NCBI GenBank assembly: GCA_027064425.1
Contig: JAMOPO010000027.1
Span: forward strand, 160,001 to 224,000
Direction of reading: 5' to 3'
Source of the DNA: Methanobacteriota archaeon
GTDB lineage: Archaea; JAADCQ01; Methanopyri; Methanopyrales; Methanopyraceae
Length of the DNA stretch: 64,000 nucleotides
A program made the position numbers and the translations under genes. Shown piece by piece: positions 28,975 to 37,706 of this stretch; the first letter of the stretch is position 1; every line of letters starts with the position of its first letter. The notes under the pieces are model-generated. The model was not told the origin of the DNA, made no database searches, and was given only the letters and a program-made list of their open reading frames with translations.

Positions 28975-31080
28975 TTGGAGCTGCCTGAGCACGTGGGACG
29001 GTACCTAGAGTGGCGCGGGATCAAGGAGCTCTTCCCACCCCAGCGGGAGGCGATCGAGCGGGGGCTCTTCGAGGGTAAGAACCTGGTGGTCGCCGCGCCC
29101 ACGGCCAGCGGGAAGACGCTCATCGCCGAGATGAGAGTCCTGCACGAGCTGGCCTCCCACGGCTGGCGGCGGCGCGTGGTTTACGTCGTGCCCTATCGCG
29201 CGCTGGCCCGGGAGAAGTACCGGGACTTCGAGCGGGTGGCCCAGTTCTGCGAGGAGGAGCTCGGGGAGGAGGTGAACGTCGAGCTCCGGACGGGTGACGT
29301 GAGGCGACCGATCCGGGAGCTGGAGCCGGGCGTGGTGGTGACCACGGCCGAGAAGCTGGACGCGAGCCTGCGGTCCCGGCCGGACCTCGTCGACGCCATC
29401 GACCTGCTGGTGATGGACGAGGTGCACATGGTGGGAGAGGGGGAGCGCGGGCCCACGTACGAGGGGCTCATCGCCCTGGTGCGCACGTTCCGACCGGACG
29501 CGTCCGTGCTGGCGCTCTCGGCCACGGTGGGTAACGCCCGCGAGCTGGGGCGGTGGCTGGACGCAGAGGTGGTGGAGAGCGATTGGAGGCCGGTGGAGCT
29601 GAGGTACAGGGTGGAGGAGGTGGACCAGTCGGAGGCGGACATCAGGGTGGAGGAGGTGGTCAGGAAGTGCCTGGAGGAGGACGGTCAGGCGCTGGTGTTC
29701 CTGTACTCGCGCCGGCGGGCGATGACCGAGGCCCAGCGGCTGGCCGGGATCGTGCGAGAACATCTGTCCAGGGAGGAGCGAGAGGAGCTGCAGGAGCTGG
29801 CTGAGCGGGTGGAAGAGGAGGGCGAGGGTGACGAGACGAAGGTCCTCGCCTGGGCCGTGCGGCGCGGGGCGGCGTTCCACCACGCCGGGTTGGCCCCGGG
29901 CCAGCGGGAGCTCGTGGAGGACGCGTTCCGGGAGGGGTTGATCAAGGTCGTGACCTGCACGCCGACGCTGGCGGCGGGGGTCAACCTCCCGGCCCGCTAC
30001 GTCCTGATCCGAGACTTCGGGACCCGGATCGGGGGCGAGTTCAAGCCCTCTAAGAACGAGTTCAAGCAGATGGCGGGCAGGGCCGGTCGACCGGACTACG
30101 ACGAGATCGGATACGTGTACGTTTTCGTGAACCCGAGGCTGCGGGACGTGGTGGAGGAGTACATCCAGTCCGAGGCCGAGCCGGTGCGGAGCAAGATTTG
30201 GTCCACGGGCCCGCGGCTCCGGCGCTTCCTCCTGGGACTGGTGGCGGCCGGATTCTGCGAGGACCTTTCGAGCGTGCTGGAGGTGGCGCTCAACACGTTC
30301 GTGGAGTCCGTGGAGGGAATCAGGCCGGAGGAACGCGTGGCGGAGTCGCTGGAAATGCTGCAGGACTGGGACTTCCTGAAGGAGCTCAGCGGCCGACTGC
30401 GGGTGACGACGGTGGGCAAGGCGGTGGCCGAGACCTACCTGACCCCGGACTCGGCCCGGTTCCTGCTGGAGGCGATGGAGGAGGTGGGGACGGAGGAGTC
30501 CGTCGTGCTGCCCATGATCACGCTGTCTCTGGACTTCACTCCAAGCTCGATCTCTCGGCGGGAGAGGTCGGGCACGCTCGACGAGTTCATGGGAACGTCG
30601 GGGCCGGAGCTGTCCTACGACGAGGTCGTGGAGCTGGCGGTGGACTGGTTCGGCTACGATGACTGGGAGGTGGAGCGTCGGCTGGCGTGGGCGGAGGTGC
30701 TCCGGGACTGGATCTCCGGGGTCCCCGAGCGGGCGATCCTGCGTCGATACGACATCTACCCGGGTGACCTTTACCGGGCGCGGGAGGACGCCGCGTGGAT
30801 CGCCTGGGGAATGTCCCGGCTGGCATCGGCGGCCGGAATCCGATGGCGGTCCCCGCTGCTCAGCCGGCGGATCGAGGTGGGCGTGCCCGAGGAGGTGGTG
30901 GAGCTGACGGAGGTCGAGGGGGTGGGTCGGACGCTGGCGATGCGGCTCTACGAGGCCGGGTTCAGGTCCGTGGAGGACCTGGCGAACGCGAGCCCCTCGG
31001 AGCTCATGCGGGTGCGAGGCATCGGCGAGAAGCTCGCCCGGAAAATCCGGGAGAGTGCCCGGGAGCTTATAGGAACCTGA
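28975..31080 (+). CDS. hel308: Ski2-like DNA helicase Hel308
   Basis: APTASGKT, DEVH, LSAT, FHHAGL, TLAAGVNLPA, QMAGRAGRP, C-terminal HhH motifs. Confidence 0.9.
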   Translation: MELPEHVGRYLEWRGIKELFPPQREAIERGLFEGKNLVVAAPTASGKTLIAEMRVLHELASHGWRRRVVYVVPYRALAREKYRDFERVAQFCEEELGEEVNVELRTGDVRRPIRELEPGVVVTTAEKLDASLRSRPDLVDAIDLLVMDEVHMVGEGERGPTYEGLIALVRTFRPDASVLALSATVGNARELGRWLDAEVVESDWRPVELRYRVEEVDQSEADIRVEEVVRKCLEEDGQALVFLYSRRRAMTEAQRLAGIVREHLSREEREELQELAERVEEEGEGDETKVLAWAVRRGAAFHHAGLAPGQRELVEDAFREGLIKVVTCTPTLAAGVNLPARYVLIRDFGTRIGGEFKPSKNEFKQMAGRAGRPDYDEIGYVYVFVNPRLRDVVEEYIQSEAEPVRSKIWSTGPRLRRFLLGLVAAGFCEDLSSVLEVALNTFVESVEGIRPEERVAESLEMLQDWDFLKELSGRLRVTTVGKAVAETYLTPDSARFLLEAMEEVGTEESVVLPMITLSLDFTPSSISRRERSGTLDEFMGTSGPELSYDEVVELAVDWFGYDDWEVERRLAWAEVLRDWISGVPERAILRRYDIYPGDLYRAREDAAWIAWGMSRLASAAGIRWRSPLLSRRIEVGVPEEVVELTEVEGVGRTLAMRLYEAGFRSVEDLANASPSELMRVRGIGEKLARKIRESARELIGT

Positions 31081-31795
31081 ACTCTCGGCCCCACTCCCGG
31101 CTGATCTTCCGCTCCCACCGGGCGACGTCCACGGACGTTATCGGGAACACGCTGTCTCCCCGCCTGGGCATCTCCATCAGCTCCTGAGCCAGTGACTTGG
31201 AGATCGGCCGGCGCCGGCCGCGCACGGTGATTTGGCATCGGACCGGGTCGACGTGGTCCCAGCGCAGCTCCAGCACGTCGATGTAGTCGGAAAGAGTCTC
31301 GAAGCAGGTTACCACGAACGGTTTGAGGTACCTCTCATCGTACTTCCTGCTTAAGTCTTCGAGAAGTAGGAACAGCTCTGTTAAGCGTAGGTCCAGCTCG
31401 AGCGACGCCTCATTGGTCCCGTCGATCTCGAACGGGAGGCTGACGTCCTGCAGGACCTGGAGGAGGCCTTCCCCGCGCGCCATCAGCTCCGCCTCGACCT
31501 CGACCTCCGGGATCACGTCCTTCACGGGTGCATCCGCGGGCAGGCGCTCGGTGAGGTATTGGACGATCTCTTCGAGCAGCGCCCGCCCAACGCGCTCTCT
31601 GGCGCGGACGTGGGTGATGGACTCGACCACCCAGAGCGGGTCCGGACTGATCTCTCTGATGTGGTCGTTCGCGAACTTGCTGGAGATGACTTTCAGGCTG
31701 AGCAGGGTGGCGTACGTTAAGGTGGATGTCGGTTTTAGGACGAGCCGTTTCCGGGTCAGGTAGCGGACGTAGCCGTCGACGAGGGAGGCGATCAT
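31067..31795 (-). CDS. Hypothetical protein with a degenerate tyrosine-recombinase-like C-terminal region
   Basis: ATGA overlap with the lysC stop; LELRWDHVD...ITVRG...PIS..L...VFP pattern. Confidence 0.6.
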   Translation of the reverse strand: MIASLVDGYVRYLTRKRLVLKPTSTLTYATLLSLKVISSKFANDHIREISPDPLWVVESITHVRARERVGRALLEEIVQYLTERLPADAPVKDVIPEVEVEAELMARGEGLLQVLQDVSLPFEIDGTNEASLELDLRLTELFLLLEDLSRKYDERYLKPFVVTCFETLSDYIDVLELRWDHVDPVRCQITVRGRRRPISKSLAQELMEMPRRGDSVFPITSVDVARWERKISREWGREFRFL

Positions 31796-33195
31796 GACCC
31801 TTCACCGAGGTTGAACTCCGAGTGGATGGCGTTGACGGCCTTCGCCTCGTCCTCCTCGGAGACCACGAACGAGATGTTCACCTCGGAGGCTCCCTGCGAG
31901 ATCGTTCTCACGTTCACGCCCTCCCGGGCCACGGCGCTGAACACGCGGGAGGCGACGCCGGGCGTGCCGCGCATGCCCTCCCCCACCACGGCCACGACGG
32001 CAACGTCCTCGTACGCCTTCACGCGGTCGACCAGGCGCTCACCCACGAACTCGCGCTCGATGATCCGCGCGGCCTCCTGAACGTCCTCCTCCGACACGAT
32101 GATCGAGATGTTCGACTCCGAGGCGGACTGGGAGATCATCACCACGTTGATGCCGGCCTCCCCGAGCTTCGTGAAGATGCGGCCAGCGACGCCGGGTCGT
32201 CCGATCATGGTCGTGCCGCGCACGTCGACCATGCCCACGTCGGAGGAGGACGCGACGGCCTTGACGACGTCGTCGGCGGGCTGGGCCTCGGCGGTGATCA
32301 GCGTGCCCTCCGCCTCGGGGTTGAACGTGTTCTTGACGCGGATCGGTATCCCCTCGGCCTGCGCGGGGATCACGGTCTTGGGGTGCAGCACCTCCGCGCC
32401 GAAGCTGGCCAGCTCCAGGGCCTCCTCGTAGGACAGTCTGGGCACCGTCCTGGCGTCGGGAACCAGGCTGGGATCGGCCGTCATGACCCCGTCCACGTCC
32501 GTCCAGATCTGGATCTCATCCGCCTCCACCGCCGCGCCCAGGATAGCGGCCGAGTAGTCGGAACCGCCGCGGCCCAGGGTGGTGACCTCTCCCTCCACGG
32601 TTTCACCTATGAAGCCCGTGACGACGGGGATCTTGCCGGAGCGGAGCATCGGGATCAGGGTGCGTTGCGCCTTCCTGCGGCAGGCGGGGAGGATGGGTTC
32701 CGCCTCCCCGAACCGCTCGTCCGTGATCACGCCCGCCTCGCCGGCCTCCAGGTGCTCGGCCTCGAGACCTCGATCGCGGAGGGCGCCGGCCAGGATCGGG
32801 GCGGCGAGCCGCTCGCCGAAGGAGAGGACGAGGTCCATGGAGCGCCGGGTGACCTCGCCGACGTAACTTAACCCCAAAAGCACTTTCTCAAGCTCGTCAA
32901 GGAGGGAGTCGATGTAGCCGAGGACCTCCCGGCGAATCAGGTTGGAGGAGATGACCTCGTTGACGGTTTCCACGTGTCGCCTGCGGAGCTTGCCCACGAA
33001 GTTCTTCACTTCCTCCTCCGTCCAGTTAGGGACCCGTCGAGCCGCCCGCTCCAGCTCGTCGGTGACACCGGCCATCGCGGACGTGACGACGATCACCTCG
33101 TGCTCACGGTGCGCCTCCTCCACGATCTCGGTGACCCTCTTTATGGCGTCGCTCGAGCCGACCGAGGTGCCGCCGAACTTCATGACGACCCTCAA
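31792..33195 (-). CDS. lysC: Aspartate kinase (two ACT domains)
   Basis: VMKFGGTSV, TTLGRGGSDYSA, WTDVDG, FGAEVLHP, ACT repeats. Confidence 0.96.
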   Translation of the reverse strand: MRVVMKFGGTSVGSSDAIKRVTEIVEEAHREHEVIVVTSAMAGVTDELERAARRVPNWTEEEVKNFVGKLRRRHVETVNEVISSNLIRREVLGYIDSLLDELEKVLLGLSYVGEVTRRSMDLVLSFGERLAAPILAGALRDRGLEAEHLEAGEAGVITDERFGEAEPILPACRRKAQRTLIPMLRSGKIPVVTGFIGETVEGEVTTLGRGGSDYSAAILGAAVEADEIQIWTDVDGVMTADPSLVPDARTVPRLSYEEALELASFGAEVLHPKTVIPAQAEGIPIRVKNTFNPEAEGTLITAEAQPADDVVKAVASSSDVGMVDVRGTTMIGRPGVAGRIFTKLGEAGINVVMISQSASESNISIIVSEEDVQEAARIIEREFVGERLVDRVKAYEDVAVVAVVGEGMRGTPGVASRVFSAVAREGVNVRTISQGASEVNISFVVSEEDEAKAVNAIHSEFNLGEGS

Positions 33196-33237
33196 GCTCC
33201 TCCTCCCTTGCCGCGCCCGCGGTTGGGGGTGCGCCCG

Positions 33238-33936
33238 GTGGGTAAGGGAGAGTGTGATATCTGGCTCCCTGACGAGGAGGCCAGGTCGATCGGGGCCGAG
33301 GTGAGCCGGAAAGCGCTGGAGGTGATCGCCGACGCCGGGCGGCCCGTTTACGATCTAAAAAAGCACCGGGGGGTGGACGTCAAGTCGGTGGCGCGGGAGA
33401 TCGTGCGAGAGATCGGAACCATTGTCGGGCTGGAGTTCTCTCTTAAGGGGGTGGATAAGCTCTTCGACAAGGTAATGAAACGGGTGCCGCTGATCCGCAC
33501 CGTGCTCTCCGAGGAGGAGCTGGAGTCGCTGGAGGAGGACAAATACATCTGCTTCGTGGCCGTGCATCCGAAAAATTACCGTAAAATCAGCGAGCGGGCC
33601 GGAGCCATCGCGGTCACCGCCCGGGAGGAGCTCGAGCTGGACCACACCCCGCTGGTCCTGGTCAGGAACGACCTGTGCTTGGATGAGAACGAGTTCGGCG
33701 TGCTGGTCCTGCACTCGTCCGAGGTGGTCCAGAGCCGGCCCGAGTTCGACGTGGAGGTGCTCGTTGGTGAGGACATGAAGCCGACGATGATCAAGCTCGC
33801 TCGGTTCATCGCGAGCACGGTGGCCACGCGGACGGGCCACCTGAAGTTTCCCTACGTGATGGTGAAGGAGAGCCTGCTGGTGGAGGAGGGGGAGTTTCGC
33901 GTCCGGGTTAAGTTTACGGATAGCGGGGCCGAGTAG
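33238..33936 (+). CDS. Hypothetical protein with an internal tandem duplication
   Basis: GGGGGTG RBS before GTG 33238; stop abuts the next gene; two similar ~55-aa alpha/beta units. Confidence 0.7.
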   Translation: MGKGECDIWLPDEEARSIGAEVSRKALEVIADAGRPVYDLKKHRGVDVKSVAREIVREIGTIVGLEFSLKGVDKLFDKVMKRVPLIRTVLSEEELESLEEDKYICFVAVHPKNYRKISERAGAIAVTAREELELDHTPLVLVRNDLCLDENEFGVLVLHSSEVVQSRPEFDVEVLVGEDMKPTMIKLARFIASTVATRTGHLKFPYVMVKESLLVEEGEFRVRVKFTDSGAE

Positions 33937-35334
33937 TTGACGGAAGAGCGACCCTCGCGGCTCAGCTTCGCCCTAGTTCGGCTCTCCGCGAGGCCGAGGA
34001 TCAAGGGGCGTGTGATCGCCTGCGGGACCCGATACGACCCGATCACGGAGGAAGAGGAGGAGCTAGTTAACATCCTGAACTCCAACGCGCTGCTGCTCGT
34101 GTGCTTCGAGGAGTATCCGCTCCCCACCCCTCAAATCATCTCTAACGAGCTTGGAGACATGTCCAGGAAGCTCCGCCAGGAGGGCTTCCGCCTGTCCCGC
34201 ATTGAGGAGTTCAAGTACGACGACCCGGAGGTGGCGCTGGTTTCCAAGATGGTCCTGGACGAGACCCGGTACGTGTACTGCCGGGTCCCCGGGAAGCCCC
34301 GGGACCGGCTCGAGTCGCTCGCTCACGAGCACGAGTGCACCGTGGTGAGCTGGGAGCGGGAGGGTGCCGTCATCGAGGCCCCATCCAAGTACCACGCCCT
34401 GCGGCTGGCGGTCTCCATACCGCTGGAGCTGGACGGCAGCGCCGCGGTGGGGCTCACGCAGGCGGCGGCGGTCGAGCGGCACGCGAAGGCCGAGCGCTAC
34501 GTCAAGGGACCGTTCGCGGCGTTCTCCAAGGCGGGCGGTGAGTGGGTCCTGCACGAGGATGGCGACCAGGAGCTGCCCGAGCCGCAGGGGACTGACGCCG
34601 GGCCGGACCGCGTGATGTACCTCGACATCGTGGAGTCGTCGAAGCTGGTCGAAGAGCGCGGGAGGCCCTACCTGGAGAACCTGATGAAAGAGCTGATGGA
34701 CCTCATCGCCGATGAGGAAGGCGTCGTTATCGACCATAAGCTGGGTGGAGACGACGTACTCGCGAAGTTCCCCACGAAGGGGAGGGCGCTCCGGGCCGCG
34801 ATCCGGATCCTCGACGAGGCGCGTCGCCGAGGGATCAAGATTAAAATAGGGATCGGGGACTCCGGCGGTCGGGCGGCGGAGAACGCCGTCGCGGTGATGG
34901 ACAGGATCGGCTACTCGGCCTCCTTCGTCGCGTTCCGCTTCGGCCCGTTCCTGGCCGCGTACGTTGAACCTCCGACGATCTCTGAGGTGTTCTTCCGGCG
35001 CATCCCGTCGGAGCTGGGGCGGATGGTCGGGGCGTCGATGACCACGGCCTCGCTCGCGACCATTCATCCGTACCTGGGCGCGCTGCCGCTGCTCTACTTC
35101 CCGACCGCCGCGATCAAGAGGAACAGGGACGAGGTCTCCGCCGCGTGCGTTTGGGGGACGCTCTGGCTCCTGGCCATGGTGGCCGCGGTCCTGGTCGGGG
35201 TGCACGTCCGGTCCAAGTACCTGCCCAAGCCCCTGGTCACGCTGACCGACGTCGTCGTGTCCCAGGCGATCGCATTCGCGAAATCCCGTCTCAGCTCCCT
35301 CCTAGTAAAGGGATTAGGGGCAGGACTACCGTGA
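33937..35334 (+). CDS. Membrane protein with a GGDD palm domain (nucleotidyl cyclase/GTP cyclohydrolase III-like)
   Basis: YLDIVESS...GGDDVL...IKIGIG...A..A followed by hydrophobic C-terminal helices. Confidence 0.65.
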   Translation: MTEERPSRLSFALVRLSARPRIKGRVIACGTRYDPITEEEEELVNILNSNALLLVCFEEYPLPTPQIISNELGDMSRKLRQEGFRLSRIEEFKYDDPEVALVSKMVLDETRYVYCRVPGKPRDRLESLAHEHECTVVSWEREGAVIEAPSKYHALRLAVSIPLELDGSAAVGLTQAAAVERHAKAERYVKGPFAAFSKAGGEWVLHEDGDQELPEPQGTDAGPDRVMYLDIVESSKLVEERGRPYLENLMKELMDLIADEEGVVIDHKLGGDDVLAKFPTKGRALRAAIRILDEARRRGIKIKIGIGDSGGRAAENAVAVMDRIGYSASFVAFRFGPFLAAYVEPPTISEVFFRRIPSELGRMVGASMTTASLATIHPYLGALPLLYFPTAAIKRNRDEVSAACVWGTLWLLAMVAAVLVGVHVRSKYLPKPLVTLTDVVVSQAIAFAKSRLSSLLVKGLGAGLP

Positions 35335-36629
35335 CCGTGATGGAAGAGTGTCGGCACGAGGTGCCCGAGATCGTGGAGCGTATCGCCGAGAAGGAGGGAG
35401 TTAGGCCCGAGAAGATCGCGCGTCGAGTGGCCGAGGGCCGCGTGGTCGTCCCGGCTCACGCGGACCGGCGGGACGAGGTCGAGCCCGTGGGGATAGGCGA
35501 GGGCCTCCGAGTCAAGGTGAACGCGAACGTGGGCACCTCACCCGAGGTTTGCGACCCGGACCTAGAGGTGGAGAAGGCCAAGGCGGCCGTCGAGTACGGC
35601 GCGGATACCGTTATGGACCTCAGCACTGGGGGAGACCTCCGGAAGATCCGGCGCCGCATCATGAAGGCCGTGAACGTGCCCGTGGGCACCGTCCCCGTGT
35701 ACGAGGCGGCCGTGGAGGCCACGTCCAAGGGCAAGGCCGTGGTGGACATGGACGAGGACGACATGCTCCGGGTCATCGAGCGGCACATGCGCGATGGTGT
35801 CGATTTCATGACCATCCACTGCGCGGTCACCTGGGACGCCCTGGAGGACCTGCTCCGCCGCGGCCGGCTGTTGGGCGTGGTCTCCCGGGGCGGTGCGATC
35901 GTCGCCGCCTGGATGATTCACCACGAGGAGGAGAACCCGCTGTACGAGAACTTCGACTACATCCTGGAGCTGGCGCGCGAGCACGACGTGACCCTCTCCC
36001 TCGGCGACGCCATGAGGCCGGGCTCGGTCCTTGACGCGAACGACCCCGCCCAGCACCGAGAGCTCCTCGTTCAGGGCGAGCTGGTTGACCGGTGCCGGGA
36101 GCACGGCGTGCAGGCGATGGTGGAGGGACCGGGCCACGTACCCTTGGATCAGATCCCGGCGGTGGTCAAGCTGCAGAAGCGGGTGTGCGACGGCGCCCCC
36201 TTCTACGTGCTCGGGCCCGTGCCCACGGACGTGGCCCCGGGGTACGATCACATCGCGGCCGCCATCGGTGGGGCGATCGCCGCCTACCACGGCGCGGACT
36301 TCCTGTGCTACGTGACGCCGGCCGAGCACCTGGCCCTGCCCGACGTGGAGGACGTGATCGAGGGGGTGATCGCCGCACGGATCGCGGCGCACGTGGCCGA
36401 TACGGCCCGAGGCCGGGAGTACGCGGTTAAGGAGAACGAGGAGATGGGTAAAGCCCGGTGGGAGCTGGACTGGGAGCGGCAGTTCGAGCTGGCGCTGGAC
36501 CCGGAGCGGGCGCGCAGGTACCGGGAGGAGCGGCCTCCGCAGGCGCGCGAGCAGTGCTCCATGTGCGGTGAGTACTGCGCGATCAAAATCCTGAAGGAGG
36601 CGCTCGGGCGGCAGCGGGAGGAGTCATGA
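35331..36629 (+). CDS. thiC: Phosphomethylpyrimidine synthase
   Basis: KVNANVGTS, MDLSTGG, SRGG, EGPGH, CYVTPAEHL, CSMCGEYC. Confidence 0.95.
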   Translation: MTVMEECRHEVPEIVERIAEKEGVRPEKIARRVAEGRVVVPAHADRRDEVEPVGIGEGLRVKVNANVGTSPEVCDPDLEVEKAKAAVEYGADTVMDLSTGGDLRKIRRRIMKAVNVPVGTVPVYEAAVEATSKGKAVVDMDEDDMLRVIERHMRDGVDFMTIHCAVTWDALEDLLRRGRLLGVVSRGGAIVAAWMIHHEEENPLYENFDYILELAREHDVTLSLGDAMRPGSVLDANDPAQHRELLVQGELVDRCREHGVQAMVEGPGHVPLDQIPAVVKLQKRVCDGAPFYVLGPVPTDVAPGYDHIAAAIGGAIAAYHGADFLCYVTPAEHLALPDVEDVIEGVIAARIAAHVADTARGREYAVKENEEMGKARWELDWERQFELALDPERARRYREERPPQAREQCSMCGEYCAIKILKEALGRQREES

Positions 36630-37693
36630 TCGAGGAGCCGGAGAAAATCCCGGAGCACCTCCGGATCACCGCCACCCGTACCATGGTCGCGGCCCGTCCC
36701 GAGGAGCCCGAGCCGACGCTCCGCCTCTTCCGGGCGTTCAACGACGATCGGGACGTGGTGCTGGAAGAGAAGCTGGATGGAACGAACGTTCGCGTCTACG
36801 TCGAGGGTGATCGGATCGTCGCGCACACGCGCGGTTGGGTGGACGTGAACGCGTACCTGGAGGAGCTAGGGCTGGAACCGCCCTGGGAGGACCTCCGCGG
36901 CGAGTTCGACGCGCTCACGATCCTGGAGGGGGAACTCCTTCCCTACGACCTGTTCTCCCAGGAGTCGCCCCGCCTGCACGAGCTGGCCGGACGGTTGGAG
37001 ACCGAGGTGCTGTTCGAGGGGGAGCCCTCCGACGTAACGGCCCGGCTGGTTTACTACGAGGGTAAGCGGTACGAGTGCCGGCCCGAGCCGCTGTTCAGCC
37101 GGGCCTGCGAGCTGGACCCCGACCACGAGCTCATCCAGCGCTTCCTGAGCGAGAACCAGCGCAAGCCCGACCTGGAGGAGGCGATCGAGGAGGGCAAGCT
37201 GGAGGTCCGGGTCTGCTTCTACGAGGTGGACATGCTGGAGGGCGAGCGGTGGATCACCCGGCCCCGGACCGAGCAGCTGCGCGTCTGCGAGCGGCTCTCC
37301 ACCGAGCCCCCGGAGTGGGAGGTGGTGCGCGATCCAGCGCCGGAGGACCTCGAGCGCTGGCTCGACCGGCTGGAGCGTCGGTGGCGGGAGGGGATCTGCG
37401 TCAAGCCGATGGAGGAGGACCCGGACAAGCTGCACGCCGTGAAGCTACGGTGCCCGTGGTTCGTGTACCGGGAGTTCGACGGGCGGCCGCCGGGCAAGGG
37501 CTCGCACAAGGTCGCCGGCCGAGTGACGGCGCAGATGGTGCAGACGAAGGTCCTGCACCGGAACCTGAAGGAGCTCGAGGGAGAGCGGAACGTGCTCGGC
37601 AGGAAGTGGCGCAAGCTGTCGGAGCGCGTTCAGCGGGCGTTGGACCTGCAGGAGCGCCTCATGAGCCTTGGTATCGACAGCCCCAAGATTTAG
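36626..37693 (+). CDS. ATP-dependent RNA ligase-like nucleotidyltransferase (Pnkp ligase-domain-like)
   Basis: Motif I EEKLDG, III LEGELLP, IIIa FYEVD, IV EGICVKP, V AVKLR. Confidence 0.72.
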   Translation: MIEEPEKIPEHLRITATRTMVAARPEEPEPTLRLFRAFNDDRDVVLEEKLDGTNVRVYVEGDRIVAHTRGWVDVNAYLEELGLEPPWEDLRGEFDALTILEGELLPYDLFSQESPRLHELAGRLETEVLFEGEPSDVTARLVYYEGKRYECRPEPLFSRACELDPDHELIQRFLSENQRKPDLEEAIEEGKLEVRVCFYEVDMLEGERWITRPRTEQLRVCERLSTEPPEWEVVRDPAPEDLERWLDRLERRWREGICVKPMEEDPDKLHAVKLRCPWFVYREFDGRPPGKGSHKVAGRVTAQMVQTKVLHRNLKELEGERNVLGRKWRKLSERVQRALDLQERLMSLGIDSPKI

Positions 37694-37706
37694 GGGGGTG
37701 GTCGCC

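Noticed and set aside
31067-31795. Active integrase or provirus boundary
   Set aside because: Catalytic residues are missing, the flanks are core genes and no att repeats are seen.
33937-35334. Cas10 or a CRISPR locus suggested by the GGDD motif
   Set aside because: No HD domain, no cas genes and no repeat-spacer array anywhere in the window.
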